Source of the DNA: Squalus acanthias
Lineage: Eukaryota
NCBI GenBank assembly: GCA_030390025.1
Contig: JASTWF010000180.1
Coordinates: 186,001-250,000 of the forward strand
DNA: 64,000 nt
Reading direction: 5' to 3'
The position numbers and the translations under genes are program-made. Below the pieces are notes generated by a model. That model was given only the letters and a program-made list of their open reading frames with translations, had not been told where the DNA came from and ran no database searches. Of this stretch, positions 60,833-64,000 are shown piece after piece; position 1 is the stretch's first letter; each line of letters starts with the position of its first letter.

Positions 60833-61917
60833 ATGCGGCTCCCCGTTCTCGCTGTGGTGTGGGTGACATTAATTTTCGGTAAGAAGTTCATAACTTTTAA
60901 ACGTGATTAATTTCTCGAGGAATACAATTGAAAAGCGGGGCGGTTTCGTTAAACTTGTATCGAAACTTGGTTAGACCAGACTTGGAGAACTGTGCACAGT
61001 TCTGCTCTTCATATTACACAAATACATGGAGGCACAGGAGAAAATGCAACAAAGATTCACAAGGACGATACCAGAACTGAGAGGTTATAACTTCAGGAAA
61101 GATTCCACAGGTTGGGTGTCTTTACCACAGGAAGGAACGGCTTAGGCGCGACCCGATAGACATCTTTAAAATTAGGAAGGTGATTGATAGGGTAGACGTA
61201 CAGAATATATTTCCACTTGTGGTGGAGTCCAAAAGTCGGCGGCAGAAATATTAGATAAACACAAAAAAATCCAATGGTGAATTCAGGAAAAACGTCTTTA
61301 CCAAGGTTAGAATTTGAAACTCGCTACCACAAAGTGTCGTTGAGACGAACAGCATAGATGCGTTTTAGGGGAAGTTAGATACACGCATGAGGGAGAAAGG
61401 ATTTGAGCGATATGCTGATGGGGGGAGATGAAGAAGGTTGGGTGGAGGCTCGTGTGGAGCATAAACACGGCATAGACCAGTTGGCCGAATGACCTACTTC
61501 TGTGCAGTAAATTCTATTTAATTTTATGTAAAACTCACTGCACATTTTCAGCGTCAGTTGGTTCAATTTGAACCTTTAATCGATGATTTCCGCTTTGTTT
61601 AACCGTGTGTTCCAGATCTGAGCGATGGAAATTCTGTTACTCAGCGGGAGTCCTCGCTCACACAGACAGAGGGAGAAGATGCCTACTTTAACCTGCACCT
61701 ATTCCGGCGATGGTTACTTATTCTGGTACCGCCAACATCCAGGCCGTCAGCCCGAGTTTGCAGTCCGGAGGTACACGAACGGCGGTGCTGAACATAAGGC
61801 GGATTTCGCTCAAGGTCGTTTTTCTGATACAGTCCTGCAGTCAGAGAAGTTATACCGATTGACCATCTCAGAGCTGCAGCTGACTGACACCGCGGTGTAT
61901 TACTGTGCACTGAGGCT
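60833..61917 (+). pseudogene. TRAV/DV: Family-A V A8 with a single +1 frameshift (leader 60833-60878, V exon 61616-61917)
   Basis: GCCTACTTTA versus GCCACTTTA in paralogues (extra T near 61684); RSS intact CACAGTG-23-ACAATAACT at 61918-61956. Confidence 0.88.
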
Positions 61918-62449
61918 CACAGTGATGGGAACGAGCTAAAGCCTCGTACAATAACTGCCGCAGGTTTCTGGGTCACAGCTGCTGTCTGTTGTGGGCTGTT
62001 TATCACAGCGGGTCAGACACTGACTCGTGACTACATTCCTGTGCGCGCAGACCCCGAGCAGAATCCACATCAAACTCATATAAAACCGTTCACATCGAAT
62101 ACTGATTCCGTCTGATTATTGTATTAGCTGTGTGAGGTCAGCATTGGCTGCTGTTTATTTGTGTATCTCTGGGAACTCGCCAGTCCCATTGAGAATAAAC
62201 ACACCTGCGGTACTGGATCATGTTATATCGATGCACCGCTGCTTCGGATATAACGCACGGCAAGCGGACAAATAATGATTGGTTTAAAATATCAGTCTAC
62301 AGTCTGGACAGAGATAGGTCGGGTGTGGAAGTTCCCAATAATTCTAATAAAGTTAATAAACTATTCTCAATATTAAAGACACTTACACATATAACGTGAA
62401 TAATCTTTTATATTCGCAGGTTCCAGGAGGTCACATTCAGGATAAAATT

Positions 62450-63853
62450 AGAACATAAGAAATAGAAGCAGTAGTAGGTCTTTTGGACTTCGAACCTGCT
62501 TCGCCATTCAACAATATCATGGCTGATCTTCTATCTCAACTCTATCATCCCGCACTATCCCCATATCCATTAATTCCCTTCGTTCCCCAAAATTTATCGA
62601 CCTCTGTTTTGAATATTCTCAATGACTTAGCATCCACAGCTGTCTGGGGTAGAGAAGTCCAAAGATTCACAACCCTTTGAGTTAAGAAATTTCTCCTCAT
62701 CTCAGTCCTAAATGTCCTACCGCTTATTCTGTGACTGTGAGCCCGTGTTCTAGATTCCCCAACCAGGGGAAACATTTTCACAGCATTAACCCTGTCATGC
62801 CCCTTTAGCATTTTATACGTTTAAATTAGATCACCTCACATTCTTCTAAACTCTAAGGAATATAGGCCAGTCTACTCAATTTCTCCTTATAGGGCAATTC
62901 CCTCAAACCACGAACCAGTCTAATGAACCTTCAGTGCACTCCCTCTAAGGCAAGTATGTCTTTCCGTAGGTAACGAGATCAAAACTGTACGTAGTACTCC
63001 AGGTGTGGCCTCACCAATGCCCTGCATAATTGTACTAAGACTTCTTTACTCTTACAATCAAATCCCTTTGTAACAAAAGCTAACATACCATTTGCTTTCC
63101 CAATTGCTTGCTGTACCTAAGTGTTACCTTTCCGTGATTCATGTACAAGGACACCCAGTGCAAAGATTTGCTAGCCTCTCAAAATTCAAAAAAAATATTC
63201 TGCTTTTTTGTTTTCCCTGCCAAAGTGGATAACTTCACACTTCCCCACGTTGTATTCCATTTCCATTTCTAGCCCACTCAGTCAACCGGTCTCTACCTCT
63301 CTGCAGCCTCTTTGCGTCCTCCTCACAGCTTACTTTCCCGCCTAACTTTGTATCATCAGCAAACTTGGATACGTTACACTCAGTCCCTTCATCTAAGTCA
63401 TTAATATAGATTGTAAGTAGCTGAGGCCAAAGCACTGATCCTTGCGGTACTCCGCTAGTTACAGCCTGCCAACCTGAAAAAGTATCGTTTATTCCTACTC
63501 TGTTTTCTGTACGTTAACCAATCCTCAATCCATGCTAGTGTATTATCCCCAATCCCATGAGTCCTTATTTTATGTAATAACCTCTTGTGTGGCACCATAT
63601 CGAATGCTTTCTGAAAATCCAAATACAGTACATCCACTGGTTTCCCCTTATCCATCATACTAGTTACATCTTCAGAAAACTCTAACAGATTTATCAAATG
63701 CGATTTCCCTTTCATAAATCCATGTTGACTTTGCCTAATCATATTATGATTTTGTAAGTGCCCTAATAATAGTTTCTAGAACTTTTCCCACTACTGATGT
63801 CAGGCTAACTGGCCAACAGTTCCCCGTTTTTTCTCTTCTTCCTTTCTTAAATA
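62450..63853 (-). mobile_element. CR1 LINE, least-deleted paralogue of 1709-2945
   Basis: YLDFQKAFDMVPH, KFADDTKLGG, QRVVNLW motifs. Confidence 0.9.
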
Positions 63854-63947
63854 GCCGATGAACAAACATTAATCGACTAATAATCTGTAGGACAGACGTG
63901 GAGCAGTCTATGCACCAGACAAGATAGTCAGAAGACTGTGACTGTAA

Positions 63948-64000
63948 CTGCTGACTGTGCCGATACACATAATGTGCAGCGCCGCTTGTTTCAAGGTGCA
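63948..64000 (-). pseudogene. Inverted family-D V remnant, cut by the window end
   Basis: Same GAAHYVY..HSQQ segment and junction as 3038, 15292 and 56422. Confidence 0.75.

Noticed and set aside
1-64000. NAR-TCR cassette, IgH-like V (TAILV), or D/J/C segments
   Set aside because: I found no NAR-type or VH-type V (no WVRQ..GKGLEW), no FGxG J motif behind a 12-RSS and no C exon; a by-eye search could miss a short D

Overview
This is vertebrate genomic DNA, not prokaryotic. It is most likely from a cartilaginous fish (shark or ray), inferred from a SacSINE1/DeuSINE-type SINE, the CR1 and Penelope content, and the V sequences. The window lies inside a T-cell receptor V-segment array, most consistent with the TCR alpha/delta locus. 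I count about 28 V segments or remnants in six families, labelled A-F here. Wherever an RSS survives it is 3' of the V with a spacer of about 23 nt. I saw no D, J or C segment. The array is built from a tandemly duplicated cassette of about 7-8 kb: [A(+), CR1, inverted truncated D(-), C(+), B(+)]. Seven of the eight family-A copies look functional, while every co-duplicated B, C and inverted D copy has a defect. Two further apparently functional V genes sit at 25861-26194 (family F) and 27031-27529 (family D). The family-F gene has its leader fused to the V exon with no intron. An inverted V pseudogene missed by the ORF track lies at 22767-23325. Other notable points are patchwork CDR sharing among A paralogues, 61-bp CRE/ETS promoter repeats, many mostly co-oriented CTCF-like motifs, one leader/promoter module used by two V families, LINE-associated deletions, and hammerhead-like motifs in Penelope-derived sequence. 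Most ORFs in the supplied track are CR1/LINE/Penelope fragments or antisense and repeat artefacts. All coordinates were counted by hand, and repeat boundaries are approximate.
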